Source of the DNA: an uncultured Gemmatimonas sp.
Lineage (GTDB): Bacteria; Gemmatimonadota; Gemmatimonadetes; Gemmatimonadales; GWC2-71-9
Direction of reading: 5' to 3'
NCBI GenBank assembly: GCA_964535105.1
Contig: CAZHSO010000001.1
Location: 1,779 to 65,778 of the forward strand
Length of the DNA: 64,000 nucleotides
This document shows, in pieces, positions 26,295 to 36,558 of this stretch (positions are counted from its first letter, which is position 1; every line of letters starts with the position of its first letter). A model generated the notes under the pieces. That model saw nothing but the letters and a program-made list of their open reading frames with translations. It did not search any database and was not told the DNA's origin. The position numbers and the translations under genes are program-made.

Positions 26295-27401
26295 ATGCAT
26301 CTCTACGTGCACGTGCCGTTCTGCGCCCGCCGCTGCAGCTACTGCGATTTTGCCATCGCAGTGCGCCGCGAGGTGCCTTCCGCAAAGTACGCCGAGCTGG
26401 TGGAGCGGGAGTGGGCGGGATGGCAGGATCACGCCGGGTGGAACGCGTCCCCGGCGCTCGACACGATCTACTTCGGCGGCGGGACCCCGTCCCGTCTCGA
26501 TCCGGCGTCGATCACCCGATTACTCGATGCTTTCCGCGCGGACCGCGCCGTCACTCCGGGAGCAGAAGTGACGCTGGAGGCCAATCCCGATGACGTGACT
26601 CCTTCGAGCGCCGGTGCGTGGCGGGACGCGGGGATCACCCGTGTCTCCCTCGGCGCGCAGTCCTTCGACCCCGGTGTCCTCGGGTGGATGCACCGGACCC
26701 ACGATGCCACGCAGATCGGTGTGGCGATGCAGACACTCCGTTCGGCAGGATTCTCCGACATCTCCCTCGACCTGATCTATGCCGTCCCACCGGCGCTCCG
26801 GCGCATTTGGGCCGACGATCTGGATCGCGCCCTCGCGCTCGAGCCGACCCATCTGTCGTTCTACGGACTGACCGTGGAGCCCGCGACCCCGCTCGGCAAG
26901 TGGACCGCGCGCGGGGAGAGCCTCTCACTCGACGACGATCACGCCGCCGCCGAGTATCTCCTCGCGCACGCCCGGCTCGAGACGGCCGGCTTCGACCACT
27001 ACGAAGTCAGCAACGCCGGGCGGCCCGGTTATCGCGCGCGGCACAATGCGGCCTATTGGCGGCGGGCGCCCTTCATCGGCCTGGGGCCCTCCGCGCACAG
27101 CGGCTTTTCGTCGCTTCGTTGCTGGAATGTCCGCGAGTGGGAGGAGTACCGCCGCCGCGCGGAAGCAGGAGAGGCGCTCATGCAGGAGCAGGAGACCCTC
27201 GACGACGAACAGGTCCAACTCGAGGATCTCTACCTCGGACTCCGGACGACGGACGGATTGGCGGTCACTCGGCTGCCTCCGGACGTGCTGGATAGATGGA
27301 CTGTGGCGCGGTGGGCGGTCGTGCGCGAATCCCGGGTGATATTGACCCCGGAAGGGTGGCTCAGACTCGACGCGCTGGTGGCAAGTCTAAGTCGTTGCTA
27401 G
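26295..27401 (+). CDS. hemW: radical SAM heme chaperone HemW (HemN-like)
   Basis: MHLYVHVPFCARRCSYCDF carries the CxxxCxxC radical SAM motif. ~370 aa. Confidence 0.88.
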   Translation: MHLYVHVPFCARRCSYCDFAIAVRREVPSAKYAELVEREWAGWQDHAGWNASPALDTIYFGGGTPSRLDPASITRLLDAFRADRAVTPGAEVTLEANPDDVTPSSAGAWRDAGITRVSLGAQSFDPGVLGWMHRTHDATQIGVAMQTLRSAGFSDISLDLIYAVPPALRRIWADDLDRALALEPTHLSFYGLTVEPATPLGKWTARGESLSLDDDHAAAEYLLAHARLETAGFDHYEVSNAGRPGYRARHNAAYWRRAPFIGLGPSAHSGFSSLRCWNVREWEEYRRRAEAGEALMQEQETLDDEQVQLEDLYLGLRTTDGLAVTRLPPDVLDRWTVARWAVVRESRVILTPEGWLRLDALVASLSRC

Positions 27402-27411
27402 ATTTCCTGTT

Positions 27412-28452
27412 GTGCAGAGTGCCGAAGGCCTGAGCGACCGCCAGTTTCGGGTGCTCGAAGCCGTTATCGAAATCTTCGTCGAGACCGCGCAACCCGCCGG
27501 AAGCCAGGCGGTTGCCAAGCGGTCGCGGCTGGGGATTTCTCCGGCATCGGTCCGAAGCACGATGGGCGAGCTCGAAACGCGAGGCTTTCTCTTCCACGCC
27601 CACACCTCGGGGGGGCGCATCCCCACCGACCGAGGGTACCGGCTCTACGTCAACCGGCTGCTGCGGCCGGCTCCGGTCCTCGAGAGCGCGCGGGCGCAGC
27701 TCGAAAGCGAAATCCTTCCCGGCTCCCGCAATCCGATCGACGAGATCCTCCGCCGCGCCGCCCAGGTGCTCGGGGTGCTGACCCAGGAGCTTGGCGTCGC
27801 CATCGGACCGACGCTCGATGAGCTGGTGCTCGAGCGGCTCGAGCTGGTTCGGGTGAGCAGTGCGCGCCTCCTGGCGGTGCTGACGCTGCAGAGCGGGCTG
27901 GTGCGCACCATTTTCGTCGAGGTGCCCGCCGCGGTCGCGCCCGAGGTGGTGGAGCACGTTTCCCGGGTGCTCAACGAGCGTCTCGCGGGGCTCTCGCTGC
28001 GGGAAATCCGCGGCAGTATGGCCGAGCGCCTTCGCGACGCCGACAGCGCGCGGCACGGCGGCGAGCTGCTCAATATCTTCGTTGCCCAGGGCGAGGATCT
28101 CTTCGATTTTTCCGACGAACAGGGCACGGTGGTGCTGGGGAGCGCGCAGCCCCTCGCCGAGCAGCCTGAGTTCGCCTCCAACGGCCGGATGCGGAACCTG
28201 CTCGATCTGACCGAGCGGCGTGACGTGCTGCGCCAGGCGTTCCTCGATCACCATCGCCGCGGGCTGACCATCACGATCGGAAGCGAGAACAGCGATCCCC
28301 GGCTCACCGAGTTCACCCTGGTGACCTCGGCCTACCGAGCCGGCAGCGTGAGCGGTGTCATCGGGGTGCTGGGGCCGACCCGCATGCCCTACGACAAGAT
28401 CATCGGGCTGGTGGAGCACACCAGCCGCATGCTGGAAGGACTGATGGAGTGA
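27412..28452 (+). CDS. hrcA: heat-inducible transcriptional repressor HrcA
   Basis: N-terminal winged helix ([28 protein letters not shown]), the ELETRGFL motif, and the typical length. Confidence 0.9.
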   Translation: MQSAEGLSDRQFRVLEAVIEIFVETAQPAGSQAVAKRSRLGISPASVRSTMGELETRGFLFHAHTSGGRIPTDRGYRLYVNRLLRPAPVLESARAQLESEILPGSRNPIDEILRRAAQVLGVLTQELGVAIGPTLDELVLERLELVRVSSARLLAVLTLQSGLVRTIFVEVPAAVAPEVVEHVSRVLNERLAGLSLREIRGSMAERLRDADSARHGGELLNIFVAQGEDLFDFSDEQGTVVLGSAQPLAEQPEFASNGRMRNLLDLTERRDVLRQAFLDHHRRGLTITIGSENSDPRLTEFTLVTSAYRAGSVSGVIGVLGPTRMPYDKIIGLVEHTSRMLEGLME

Positions 28453-29573
28453 GCGACTTTTACAAGCTGCTCGGCGTGTCACGCGATGCCACCGATGAGG
28501 AAATCAAGCGCGCGTATCGCAAGCTTGCGATGGAGTTCCATCCCGACCGCAACCCGGCGCCAGACGCGGAGGCCCGCTTCAAGCAGATCGCCGAGGCGTA
28601 CGAGGTCTTGTGCGACGAGGACAAGCGGGCCGCCTACGATCGGTACGGCGAGGCCGGGCTCCGCGGCGGTGCCGGGGGATTCCATCACGTCGATCTGGCC
28701 GAAGCGCTCAGCATCTTCATGCGGGACTTCGGGGGCGGCGGCGGATTCGAGTCGCTCTTCGGAGGCGGGCGGAGCCAGGCCGAGTCGCGCCGCGGCCAGG
28801 ATATCCGGGTCGCCGTCAAGCTGCAGCTCCAGGAGGTCGCGACCGGTGCCAAGCGCACCGTCAAGCTCAAGAGCATGCTCCGCTGCGACGCCTGCTCCGG
28901 CACCGGGGGGAAGAGCGGGACGCGGCCGGTGCCGTGCACGACGTGCGCCGGGAGTGGGGAAGTCCGCCGGGCGACGCGCAGCATGTTTGGCCAGTTCGTG
29001 TCGGTCTCGCCCTGTCCCACCTGCGGCGGCGAAGGCACCATCATCACCGATCCCTGTGAGGTCTGCCGCGGAGATGGCCGGGTGCGCGGGGAGCGCGCCG
29101 TGCCGGTGGACATTCCCGCCGGTGTCTCGAGCAACAACTACATCACGCACCGCGGGCAGGGCGCCGCCGGGCCGCGCAATGGCCCCGCCGGCGACCTGCT
29201 CATCACCATCGAGGTCAAGGACGACGACCGGTTCGAGCGCCATGGCGACGACCTGAGCATCGATCTTCCGCTTTCGTTCAGCCAGGCCGCGCTCGGAACG
29301 AGTGTCACCGTCCCCACTCCCTATGGCGATGAGCGCCTCGCCGTTCCGCCCGGGGTTCAATCGGGGACGGTGCTTCGGATCAAGGGGAAAGGGCTCCCGC
29401 ACCTGGGACAGAACGGCGCCGGCGATCTCAACGTGCGCGTCCACGTCTGGACCCCGCAGAACCTGACCGGCGAGCAGCGGCGGCTCCTCGAAGAATTCCA
29501 GCGCGTCGAGGGTCCCCCGCCCAAGGAAAACAACGGCTTCTGGTCCCGCCTCAAGGAAGCCCTCGGCGCATGA
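28449..29573 (+). CDS. dnaJ: molecular chaperone DnaJ
   Basis: J domain with HPD (DFYKLLGV...EFHPDRN), a G/F region and four CxxCxGxG zinc-finger repeats. Confidence 0.95.
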   Translation: MSDFYKLLGVSRDATDEEIKRAYRKLAMEFHPDRNPAPDAEARFKQIAEAYEVLCDEDKRAAYDRYGEAGLRGGAGGFHHVDLAEALSIFMRDFGGGGGFESLFGGGRSQAESRRGQDIRVAVKLQLQEVATGAKRTVKLKSMLRCDACSGTGGKSGTRPVPCTTCAGSGEVRRATRSMFGQFVSVSPCPTCGGEGTIITDPCEVCRGDGRVRGERAVPVDIPAGVSSNNYITHRGQGAAGPRNGPAGDLLITIEVKDDDRFERHGDDLSIDLPLSFSQAALGTSVTVPTPYGDERLAVPPGVQSGTVLRIKGKGLPHLGQNGAGDLNVRVHVWTPQNLTGEQRRLLEEFQRVEGPPPKENNGFWSRLKEALGA

Positions 29574-30418
29574 GCTGGTGCGCCGTGGACGTCCGGAGTC
29601 CCGGCGACTCCCGTGACGCCGTCGCGAGCTGGCTCGTGGGACGGACGGGCCAGGCGGTCGAAGAGCGGGAAGACGGGACGCTGGTGGGCTTCTCGGAGAA
29701 CGAGGTCGCCGCCGAGGAGCTCGTGCAGGAGCTGCACGCGACATTCGGGAGCAGAGTCTGGGGACGGGCCCGCCCCCTCCCCGAAATCGATTGGAGCACC
29801 GCCTGGCGCGACGGGCTGGGCCCGCGCAGCATCGGACGGCTTACCGTCACGCCGAGCTGGGCCGCGCACGCCGCGCCGGATTCTCCCACCGTCGTCATCG
29901 ATCCCGAAAGCGCGTTCGGCACCGGAGAGCACGGCTCGACGCGCGCCGCGCTGGCGCTCCTCGAGCGTCACCTTCGCCGTGGAGACCGCGTCATCGACCT
30001 CGGGAGTGGCAGCGGAATTCTCGCCATCGCCGCCGTCAAGCTCGGCGCGTCCCAGGCAGCGGGCGTCGAGGTCGACGACGAGGCCGACCCGATCGCCGCC
30101 GCCAATGCCGCGAAGAACGGCGTCGACAGCCGCGTTCGCTTCGTGACCGGCGACGCCGCTCTGCTGGCCCCGCTTCTTGGGCCGGTCGAGATCGTGATCT
30201 CCAACATTCTCCTATCGGTCAACATCACCCTCCTGCCCGTCATCCATTCCTCGCTCCTTCCCGGAGGCCTGGCGATCTTTGCCGGTATGGAGGTCCCGGA
30301 GCGCGAGCTCTTCCTGCCCGCGCTCGGCGACGCCGGGTTCGATTTGCTGGACGAGGTCGTGGACGACGCGTGGTGGGGCGCCGTGGGCCGCAGGGCCGAC
30401 GCGGCCTGCGAGCGCTGA
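29570..30418 (+). CDS. prmA: ribosomal protein L11 methyltransferase
   Basis: Motifs [25 protein letters not shown] and SNIL. Sits in the conserved position after dnaJ. Confidence 0.88.
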   Translation: MSWCAVDVRSPGDSRDAVASWLVGRTGQAVEEREDGTLVGFSENEVAAEELVQELHATFGSRVWGRARPLPEIDWSTAWRDGLGPRSIGRLTVTPSWAAHAAPDSPTVVIDPESAFGTGEHGSTRAALALLERHLRRGDRVIDLGSGSGILAIAAVKLGASQAAGVEVDDEADPIAAANAAKNGVDSRVRFVTGDAALLAPLLGPVEIVISNILLSVNITLLPVIHSSLLPGGLAIFAGMEVPERELFLPALGDAGFDLLDEVVDDAWWGAVGRRADAACER

Positions 30419-30419
30419 G

Positions 30420-31133
30420 GTGCATTCGGTTCTGGCCGCTCAGGGCGCGCTGGTCGTCGGCGCGACTGTTCCCCTCGACGAGGAAGAGCGGCACCATCTT
30501 CGGGTGCGTCGCGCCGCCGAGGGAGAACGCGTGCGCGCGCTCGATGGCGCCGGCACGATCGCCGAAGGGGTGCTCATGCGTGTCGGGGGCGACTTCGCCG
30601 TGCGGGTCGAGCGGCTGCAGGTCGTTTCGGCGCCGCCCCGGTTCGCGCTGGTCGTGGGCGCGGGCGACAGGGAGCGCTTCGGCTGGCTCGCGGAAAAGTC
30701 GGCCGAGCTCGGCGTGACCGAGCTGCTGCCGCTCAAAGCGGAACGGACCCGCAGCGTCGCGGCGGGAATTCGAGAAGGCCATGTGCTGGCGCTGCAGCGG
30801 CGGGCGCGGCAGGCGATCAAGCAATCCGGCGCGGGGTGGGCCCCGCACGTGGGGGCGCCGGTGGACGTGAAGTTCGCCGCGTCGCAGGGCGATCCGGAGT
30901 ACCGCTGGCTGGCCGATGCGACCGGCGAGCCGCCTCCCGAGCTTCCGCCCAATGTTCCACTCGTGGTGGTCGTGGGGCCGGAGGGCGGCCTCATTCCGGC
31001 CGAGCGGGAAGTCTTTCTTGCCGCGGGCTTCCGGCGGGTTCGTCTCGCGCCGGATCTACTGCGTTTCGAAACCGCCGCGCTCGCCGCCGCGGCCGTCGTC
31101 GCCAGCCAGCGACCCCGGAGGTCACGTGAGTGA
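30420..31133 (+). CDS. rsmE: 16S rRNA (uracil1498-N3)-methyltransferase
   Basis: Protein-like sequence begins at GTG 30420 (VHSVLAAQG...), directly after the prmA stop. It has HHLRVRR and a C-terminal GPEGG...LAPDLLRFETAA SPOUT motif. The listed start 30279 lies inside prmA. Confidence 0.85.
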   Translation: MHSVLAAQGALVVGATVPLDEEERHHLRVRRAAEGERVRALDGAGTIAEGVLMRVGGDFAVRVERLQVVSAPPRFALVVGAGDRERFGWLAEKSAELGVTELLPLKAERTRSVAAGIREGHVLALQRRARQAIKQSGAGWAPHVGAPVDVKFAASQGDPEYRWLADATGEPPPELPPNVPLVVVVGPEGGLIPAEREVFLAAGFRRVRLAPDLLRFETAALAAAAVVASQRPRRSRE

Positions 31134-31473
31134 TTGCATCTTCTGCCGGATCGTGAAAGGCGAAATACCCGCGAAGGAAGTGGCCCGGTCCGCGGGGGCC
31201 GTCGCGTTTCACGACCTGAATCCCCAGGCGCCGGTGCACCTGCTGGTCGTGCCCGTCACCCATTTCGATAACGCTGAGGCGACCGACAGCGACGAGGGCG
31301 AGCGCGTCCTTGCCGGAACACTGCGCCTGGCGGTGCAGGTCGCGCGGCAGCTCGGGCTCGCCGATTCCGGATATCGCCTCGTCATAAACGTCGGCGCGCA
31401 GGGGGGACAGTCGGTGGCACACCTGCACCTCCACCTCCTCGGTGGGCGACAGATGAAGTGGCCTCCGGGATGA
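31126..31473 (+). CDS. HIT-family (histidine triad) nucleotide hydrolase
   Basis: Starts at GTG 31126 (VSDCIFCRIVKGEIPA) and ends with the HLHLHLLGG triad. The upstream part of the listed ORF is the out-of-frame rsmE region. Confidence 0.88.
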   Translation: MSDCIFCRIVKGEIPAKEVARSAGAVAFHDLNPQAPVHLLVVPVTHFDNAEATDSDEGERVLAGTLRLAVQVARQLGLADSGYRLVINVGAQGGQSVAHLHLHLLGGRQMKWPPG

Positions 31474-31546
31474 GCGACCTTGTCTCCCGATAGAAGCGAA
31501 GCTATGTTCCATCACTTCAAGTACTTAGGCCTACGCGACCGATGCT

Positions 31547-34045
31547 TTGTTTCAACCTGACAGATTTCCACGCCGGATGACTGGCCTGGAATCGGAAACA
31601 ACCCGGGACGGGGTGTCGGCGCATAGGAGCGCCGACACCCCGTCCCCTTTGGCGGGCGAGGGATCCCTCGAGGCCCTCGCGGTTCTCGAGTTCGATCGCG
31701 TTCTCGAGCTTGTCGCCGGTCACGCCGCGGGTGAGCTCGGAGCCGAGCGGGTTCGCGCCCGCCGCCCCTCGGCGGATCGCGACTGGATCGAAGGGGAGCT
31801 CGCGCCGGTAGCCGAGCTGCTTTCGTTCTTCGCGCAGGGCGGCGGGGTCGACGCGTTTCCGGTTCCATCCCTCCGTGGAGTCATCGGCCGCCTCAGGCTC
31901 GAGGGCAGCGTCCTCGAGGGACATGAGCTGGCTGCGATTCATCGCACCCTGGTCGCGGCGCGCGATGCCGCGGCCGAGCTCAAGCGCATCGCCGAGGAGG
32001 CGCCGCGCGTCGCTCTGCTGCGCGCCCCGGTCCCCGAGCAGGCAATCGAGCGCCGGCTGGCCCAGTCGGTGGACGAGCAGGGAGAGCTGCTCGATTCGGC
32101 GAGCCCCGGTCTCCTCCGCGCGCGGCGCGAAGTGCACCACGCCCGCGAACGCCTGGTCAAGAAGCTGGAAGCGATCCAGCGCGGACTCGATGCCGCCGCC
32201 GCGGGCGGAGCCGCCCCCGTCACCGTGCGGAACGGGCGCTACGTCATCCCGGTCCGTCGCGATTCCCGCAGCCGTCCCGATGGCATCGTCCATGACGAAT
32301 CGGCCAGCGCCGGGACGCTCTTTATCGAGCCGACCGCCGCGATCGAGCTCGGCAACGCCCTGCGCGAGGCGATGGCCGCTGCCGAGCGGGAAGCGCTGCG
32401 GGTGCTGCTCGAGCTCACCGAGCTGCTGCGCCCCCACGCTGATCTCCTCCGCGGCGCGCACGAGATGTGCGTGGCGCTCGACGACCTGGTCGCGCGGGCG
32501 CGTTATGCCCGCGGCGTGAGAGGAAGCGTTCCCGCCGTCGCCCCGGCAGGGGCGGGACTCGTGCTGCGCAATGCCCGACACCCTCTCCTGCTTGGCCGCG
32601 GCGTCGACGTGGTGCCGTTCGACCTCACGCTCGATGAGCGGGAACGCACGCTCCTGATCAGCGGGCCGAACACGGGCGGGAAGACGGTGCTGCTCAAGAC
32701 GGTCGGATTGGCCGCCGCGATGGCCCAGAGCGGCATCGCCCCTCCAGTTGGCGAAGGAAGCATCCTCCCGGTCTTCCGGCGGATGGCGGCCGACATCGGC
32801 GACCACCAATCGATCACGGCCGACCTCTCGACCTTCAGCGCGCACCTCGCCACCCTTCGCGGTGTGCTGGAGGATGCCGACGCGGGAACGCTGGTCCTGA
32901 TCGATGAAATCGGGAGCGGGACCGACCCTGCCGAGGGTGGCGCGCTCGCCGGCGCCGCCCTTCGCGCGCTGACCCGCCGGGGCGCCCGGACCATTGCCAC
33001 GACGCACCTGGGCGCGCTCAAGGTGCTGGCAACCCAGACGGAGGGTGTGGTCAACGGATCGCTGCAGTTCGACGCCGAGCGACTCGCGCCGACCTACCGC
33101 TTCCAGAAGGGAACGCCGGGCCGGTCGTACGGACTCGCCATCGCGCGGCGACTCGGCATCAACGAAGCCGTACTCGCCGATGCGGAAAGCCGCGTCTCCG
33201 GCGCGGAGCGATCTCTCGACACCCTGCTCGAGGCCGCGGAAGCACGGGAACGAAAGCTCGCCGCCGACCAGGAGACGCTCACCGCCCGTCTGGCGGATTC
33301 CGAACGGGAGACGGCGCGCCTCACTCGTGAAGCCGAGCTGCAGCGGGCGCGGGACGCGGAGCTCAGGGGTCGCGAACGGGACGCCGAGCGCAAGGCCCGC
33401 GCGGAGGCACGGAAGTTCCTGCTCGATGCCCGCGAGCGCGTGGAGGAGGCGCTCCGCGCCGCGTCGGAAGCTGCCGATGATGACCAGGCCAGGGAAGCAC
33501 GCCGACTGCTCGAAGAGGCCATTCGCCTCGAGGGGGAGGCGCCGCAGGAAGTGGCGGTGCCCGAGTCGGCGCCGGTGGCGGGCGCGGGCAGCGTGGCGGT
33601 GGGCCAGCGGGTCAGGCTCGCGACGGGGAGCACCGGAGAGCTGCTCGAGCTGAGATCGGATGGCAAGGCGGTGGTGGTGGCGGGGGCAATACGGATAGTG
33701 GTTCCCGCGGAGACCTTGGTGGCTGCCCCGGGGAAGGGGGAGGGGGGAAGGGGGAAGGGGTCTCCCTCCTCCCCCTTCCCCCTTCCCCCTTCCCCCGCGA
33801 CCGCCATGGAAATCGACCTCCGCGGCATGCGCGGCGACGAGGCCGCCGCGGTCACGGTCGCCGCCCTCGACGCGGCGGTCCTCGCGGACAATCCTTTCCT
33901 CCGCATCATCCATGGCATGGGCACCGGCGTGGTGCGGGAGACGGTGCGGCGCGTGCTGGCCGCCGACCGGCGGGTGGCGAGGTTCGATTTCGCGCCCCGC
34001 AACCAGGGCGGTACCGGCGTCACCATCGCGGAGTTCACGTCGTGA
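31547..34045 (+). CDS. mutS2: endonuclease MutS2 (MutS domain plus C-terminal Smr)
   Basis: LEFDRVLELVAGHA N-terminus, Walker A GPNTGGKTV, DEIGSGTDP, a coiled-coil linker and an Smr domain (IDLRGMRGDEA...IIHGMGTG). Start uncertain (31547 or ATG 31577). Confidence 0.9.
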   Translation: MFQPDRFPRRMTGLESETTRDGVSAHRSADTPSPLAGEGSLEALAVLEFDRVLELVAGHAAGELGAERVRARRPSADRDWIEGELAPVAELLSFFAQGGGVDAFPVPSLRGVIGRLRLEGSVLEGHELAAIHRTLVAARDAAAELKRIAEEAPRVALLRAPVPEQAIERRLAQSVDEQGELLDSASPGLLRARREVHHARERLVKKLEAIQRGLDAAAAGGAAPVTVRNGRYVIPVRRDSRSRPDGIVHDESASAGTLFIEPTAAIELGNALREAMAAAEREALRVLLELTELLRPHADLLRGAHEMCVALDDLVARARYARGVRGSVPAVAPAGAGLVLRNARHPLLLGRGVDVVPFDLTLDERERTLLISGPNTGGKTVLLKTVGLAAAMAQSGIAPPVGEGSILPVFRRMAADIGDHQSITADLSTFSAHLATLRGVLEDADAGTLVLIDEIGSGTDPAEGGALAGAALRALTRRGARTIATTHLGALKVLATQTEGVVNGSLQFDAERLAPTYRFQKGTPGRSYGLAIARRLGINEAVLADAESRVSGAERSLDTLLEAAEARERKLAADQETLTARLADSERETARLTREAELQRARDAELRGRERDAERKARAEARKFLLDARERVEEALRAASEAADDDQAREARRLLEEAIRLEGEAPQEVAVPESAPVAGAGSVAVGQRVRLATGSTGELLELRSDGKAVVVAGAIRIVVPAETLVAAPGKGEGGRGKGSPSSPFPLPPSPATAMEIDLRGMRGDEAAAVTVAALDAAVLADNPFLRIIHGMGTGVVRETVRRVLAADRRVARFDFAPRNQGGTGVTIAEFTS
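33730..33796. repeat. G-run / C-run imperfect palindrome embedded in-frame in mutS2
   Basis: ggggaagggggaggggggaagggggaagggg (33730-33760), tctc, then cctcctcccccttcccccttcccccttccccc (33765-33796). It translates as GKGEGGRGKGSPSSPFPLPPSP in the linker just before the Smr domain. Confidence 0.85.
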
Positions 34046-35838
34046 GTCGCATCGCCGACGAGCTGATCGAGCAGATCCGCGATGGCGCGGACCTGGTCGG
34101 CATCATCGGGGAGGCGGTGCAGCTCAAGCGCGCCGGCACGGACTGGCGGGGACCCTGTCCCTTCCACGGCGGCACCCACCGGAACTTCGCCGTGATTCCC
34201 AAAAAAGGGATGTACTACTGCTACGTCTGCCATGAAGCCGGCGACGTGTTCACCTATCTCATGAAGAAGCAGGGGATGGACTACCCCACCGCGGTGCGCG
34301 AGGTGGCGCGCAAGGTGGGAATCATCGTGCCAGAGCGGGGGACCCGGGAAGGCCCTGACCCACGGGAGCCGCTCTTCACGGCGTCGGCGGTGGCGCAGGA
34401 ATGGTTCGCAACCCGTTTGCGGGAGGATCCCGAGGCCGCCACCGCGCGGAAGTACCTGGCCGATCGCGAAATCTCCCCTGACGTCGCCGGGGAGCAGGGG
34501 CTGGGGTTCGCGCCGCGCGGCGCGGCATTCGTGGACGCGATGAAGACGCTCGGCATCGAGGAGCGGGTGCTCCTCGAGGCGGGGCTCATGGTGAAGCGCG
34601 ACGACGGCACTATCAGCCCCCGCTTTCGCGGGCGTCTCCTCTTCCCGATTCGCGATCTGCGGGGGCGCGTTGTCGGATTTGGCGGGCGAATCCTCGGGCA
34701 GGGGGAGCCCAAATATCTGAACTCCCCGGAAACCCCGATCTTCCACAAGGGCACGATGCTGTACAACCTCCACGAGGCGAAGCAGGCGATCCGCCGCGAG
34801 GAGGAAGTCATTCTCGTCGAGGGGTACTTCGACGTGCTCCGCCTGGTGATCTCCGGCACCGACAACGTCGTGGCGCCGATGGGCACCGCGCTCACGCCCG
34901 ACCAGGCCGCGCTGCTGCGCCGGTTCGCCAAGGCCGCGATCCTCCTCTACGACAGCGATTCCGCCGGGCTTCGCGCAACATTTCGCGCGGCTGACGAGTG
35001 CCTGCGGCACGGGATGCGGGTCAAGGTCGCGACCATGCCGGAAGGCGAAGACCCCGATACGCTGGTGCGCCACGGCGGCGCGGCGGCCCTCACGCCGATC
35101 CTCCGGGACGCCGTGGACGTGCTCGACCGGAAGATCCAGCTCCTGGAGCGGAAAGGCTGGTTCGAGGGGCTGGAGCATCGCCGCGATGCGCTCGACCGTC
35201 TGCTGCCGACCGCGCGCGCGGCCTCCGATCCGATTGCGCGCGATCTCTATCTCGCCCGCATCTCGGAGCGCACCGGCGTGTCGCGCGCGGTGCTCGAACG
35301 CGAGGAATCCTCCCGGCCGCCGGCGCTTCCGGAGCGCTCCGCGAATCCGGCTCCGCGACCACAATCCCCCGCGCTTCGGGCGCGGAGTAGGCTTCCGGGA
35401 GCTCGGCTCGAGCAGCAGTTGCTCAAGACAATATTGTCCGGGGGCAGCTGGCTCGCGCGCGGGCGGGAGGAGATCCCCCCCGAGACGTTCGAAGTTCCGT
35501 CCTATCGCGAAATCTTCGACGCGGTGCGCGTGCTGCCGCCCTCCGCTTCGCCCGGCGCCGCGCTGGACGGACTCTCCCCCCAGGCGCAGGATGCCTTTCA
35601 GCGACTGCTTCAATCCGCGACCGAGGAGCGCGCTGCGGGCGTCAGCTTCGATGAGGTCTATGTTGGCGCGCTGCAGGGGCTCCGTGCCCGCGCCGTTTCC
35701 CGTACTCTCGCTCCCGTCTCCGCAGTGGACGAGCGACAGCACCAGCTGAAAGCGCTTCCGCCCGACCAGCGGACGCGGTTCATCATTCGCAAGGCTGCAG
35801 CCAAGGACACTCGTCGCTCCACACCCACCGACTCTTGA
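34042..35838 (+). CDS. dnaG: DNA primase
   Basis: Zinc finger CPFHGGTHRNFAVIPKKGMYYCYVCHEAGD and TOPRIM motifs (VILVEGYFD, LLYDSDSAG). Confidence 0.93.
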   Translation: MSRIADELIEQIRDGADLVGIIGEAVQLKRAGTDWRGPCPFHGGTHRNFAVIPKKGMYYCYVCHEAGDVFTYLMKKQGMDYPTAVREVARKVGIIVPERGTREGPDPREPLFTASAVAQEWFATRLREDPEAATARKYLADREISPDVAGEQGLGFAPRGAAFVDAMKTLGIEERVLLEAGLMVKRDDGTISPRFRGRLLFPIRDLRGRVVGFGGRILGQGEPKYLNSPETPIFHKGTMLYNLHEAKQAIRREEEVILVEGYFDVLRLVISGTDNVVAPMGTALTPDQAALLRRFAKAAILLYDSDSAGLRATFRAADECLRHGMRVKVATMPEGEDPDTLVRHGGAAALTPILRDAVDVLDRKIQLLERKGWFEGLEHRRDALDRLLPTARAASDPIARDLYLARISERTGVSRAVLEREESSRPPALPERSANPAPRPQSPALRARSRLPGARLEQQLLKTILSGGSWLARGREEIPPETFEVPSYREIFDAVRVLPPSASPGAALDGLSPQAQDAFQRLLQSATEERAAGVSFDEVYVGALQGLRARAVSRTLAPVSAVDERQHQLKALPPDQRTRFIIRKAAAKDTRRSTPTDS

Positions 35839-35844
35839 GGCGTC

Positions 35845-36558
35845 ATGCATCCTGATTTGGAAAAACTGCGCGAACTGCAGGCGAAAGACTTGGCGCTCCT
35901 CGCCACCGGCCGGGAGATCAAGGCGCTCGACGACGAGCTTGCCGCGCTCGACGCCGCGCTCGACCAGGCCCGGAGCGACCTGGATGCCGCCCGGAGGAAG
36001 CACGCCGATGGGGTCGTGCGACGGGAGGAGCTCGAAGGGGTGATCGAGACCCAGCGAAGCCAGCAGGAGAAGCGGCGCGCCAGGATCGAGCAGGTCCGCA
36101 CCGCCCGCGAGGTCCAGGCGCTGATGACCGAGGTGGACCTCGCGCGATCGGCGCTCGCCAACAAGGAGAGCGACTGGGTCAAGGCCGCGGAGCTGAGCCA
36201 GCAGCAGGAGGCCGCGGTGGCCGAAGTGGAGCAGCGGCTCGCCGGCCTCGAAGGCGATCAGACCGGTGAGCGCGCTCGTCTCGCCGAGGCGCGGCGGGCC
36301 CTGGAGGCGGCGCGCGCGGCCGCCGGCGAGGTCCGGTCGGCCAGCGCCTCGGCGGTGGAGCGGAGCCTCCTGCTTCGCTACGACCGTCTGTGGACCTCGC
36401 GAGCCACGACGGTGGTTGTGGCGCTCCGGGGCGATGCGTGCGGCGCCTGCTTCACAGCGATCCCCAGGAATCGCCGAAGCCAGATCCGCGCCGGTACGCA
36501 CATCGATGCGTGCGAGGGATGCGGCGTCATTCTCTATCCTGCCGACGGCGAGGAATGA
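35845..36558 (+). CDS. coiled-coil zinc-ribbon protein (COG1579/DUF164-like)
   Basis: Long heptad-rich helical region, then C-terminal CGACFTAIP...CEGCGVIL (a C4 ribbon). Confidence 0.7.
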   Translation: MHPDLEKLRELQAKDLALLATGREIKALDDELAALDAALDQARSDLDAARRKHADGVVRREELEGVIETQRSQQEKRRARIEQVRTAREVQALMTEVDLARSALANKESDWVKAAELSQQQEAAVAEVEQRLAGLEGDQTGERARLAEARRALEAARAAAGEVRSASASAVERSLLLRYDRLWTSRATTVVVALRGDACGACFTAIPRNRRSQIRAGTHIDACEGCGVILYPADGEE

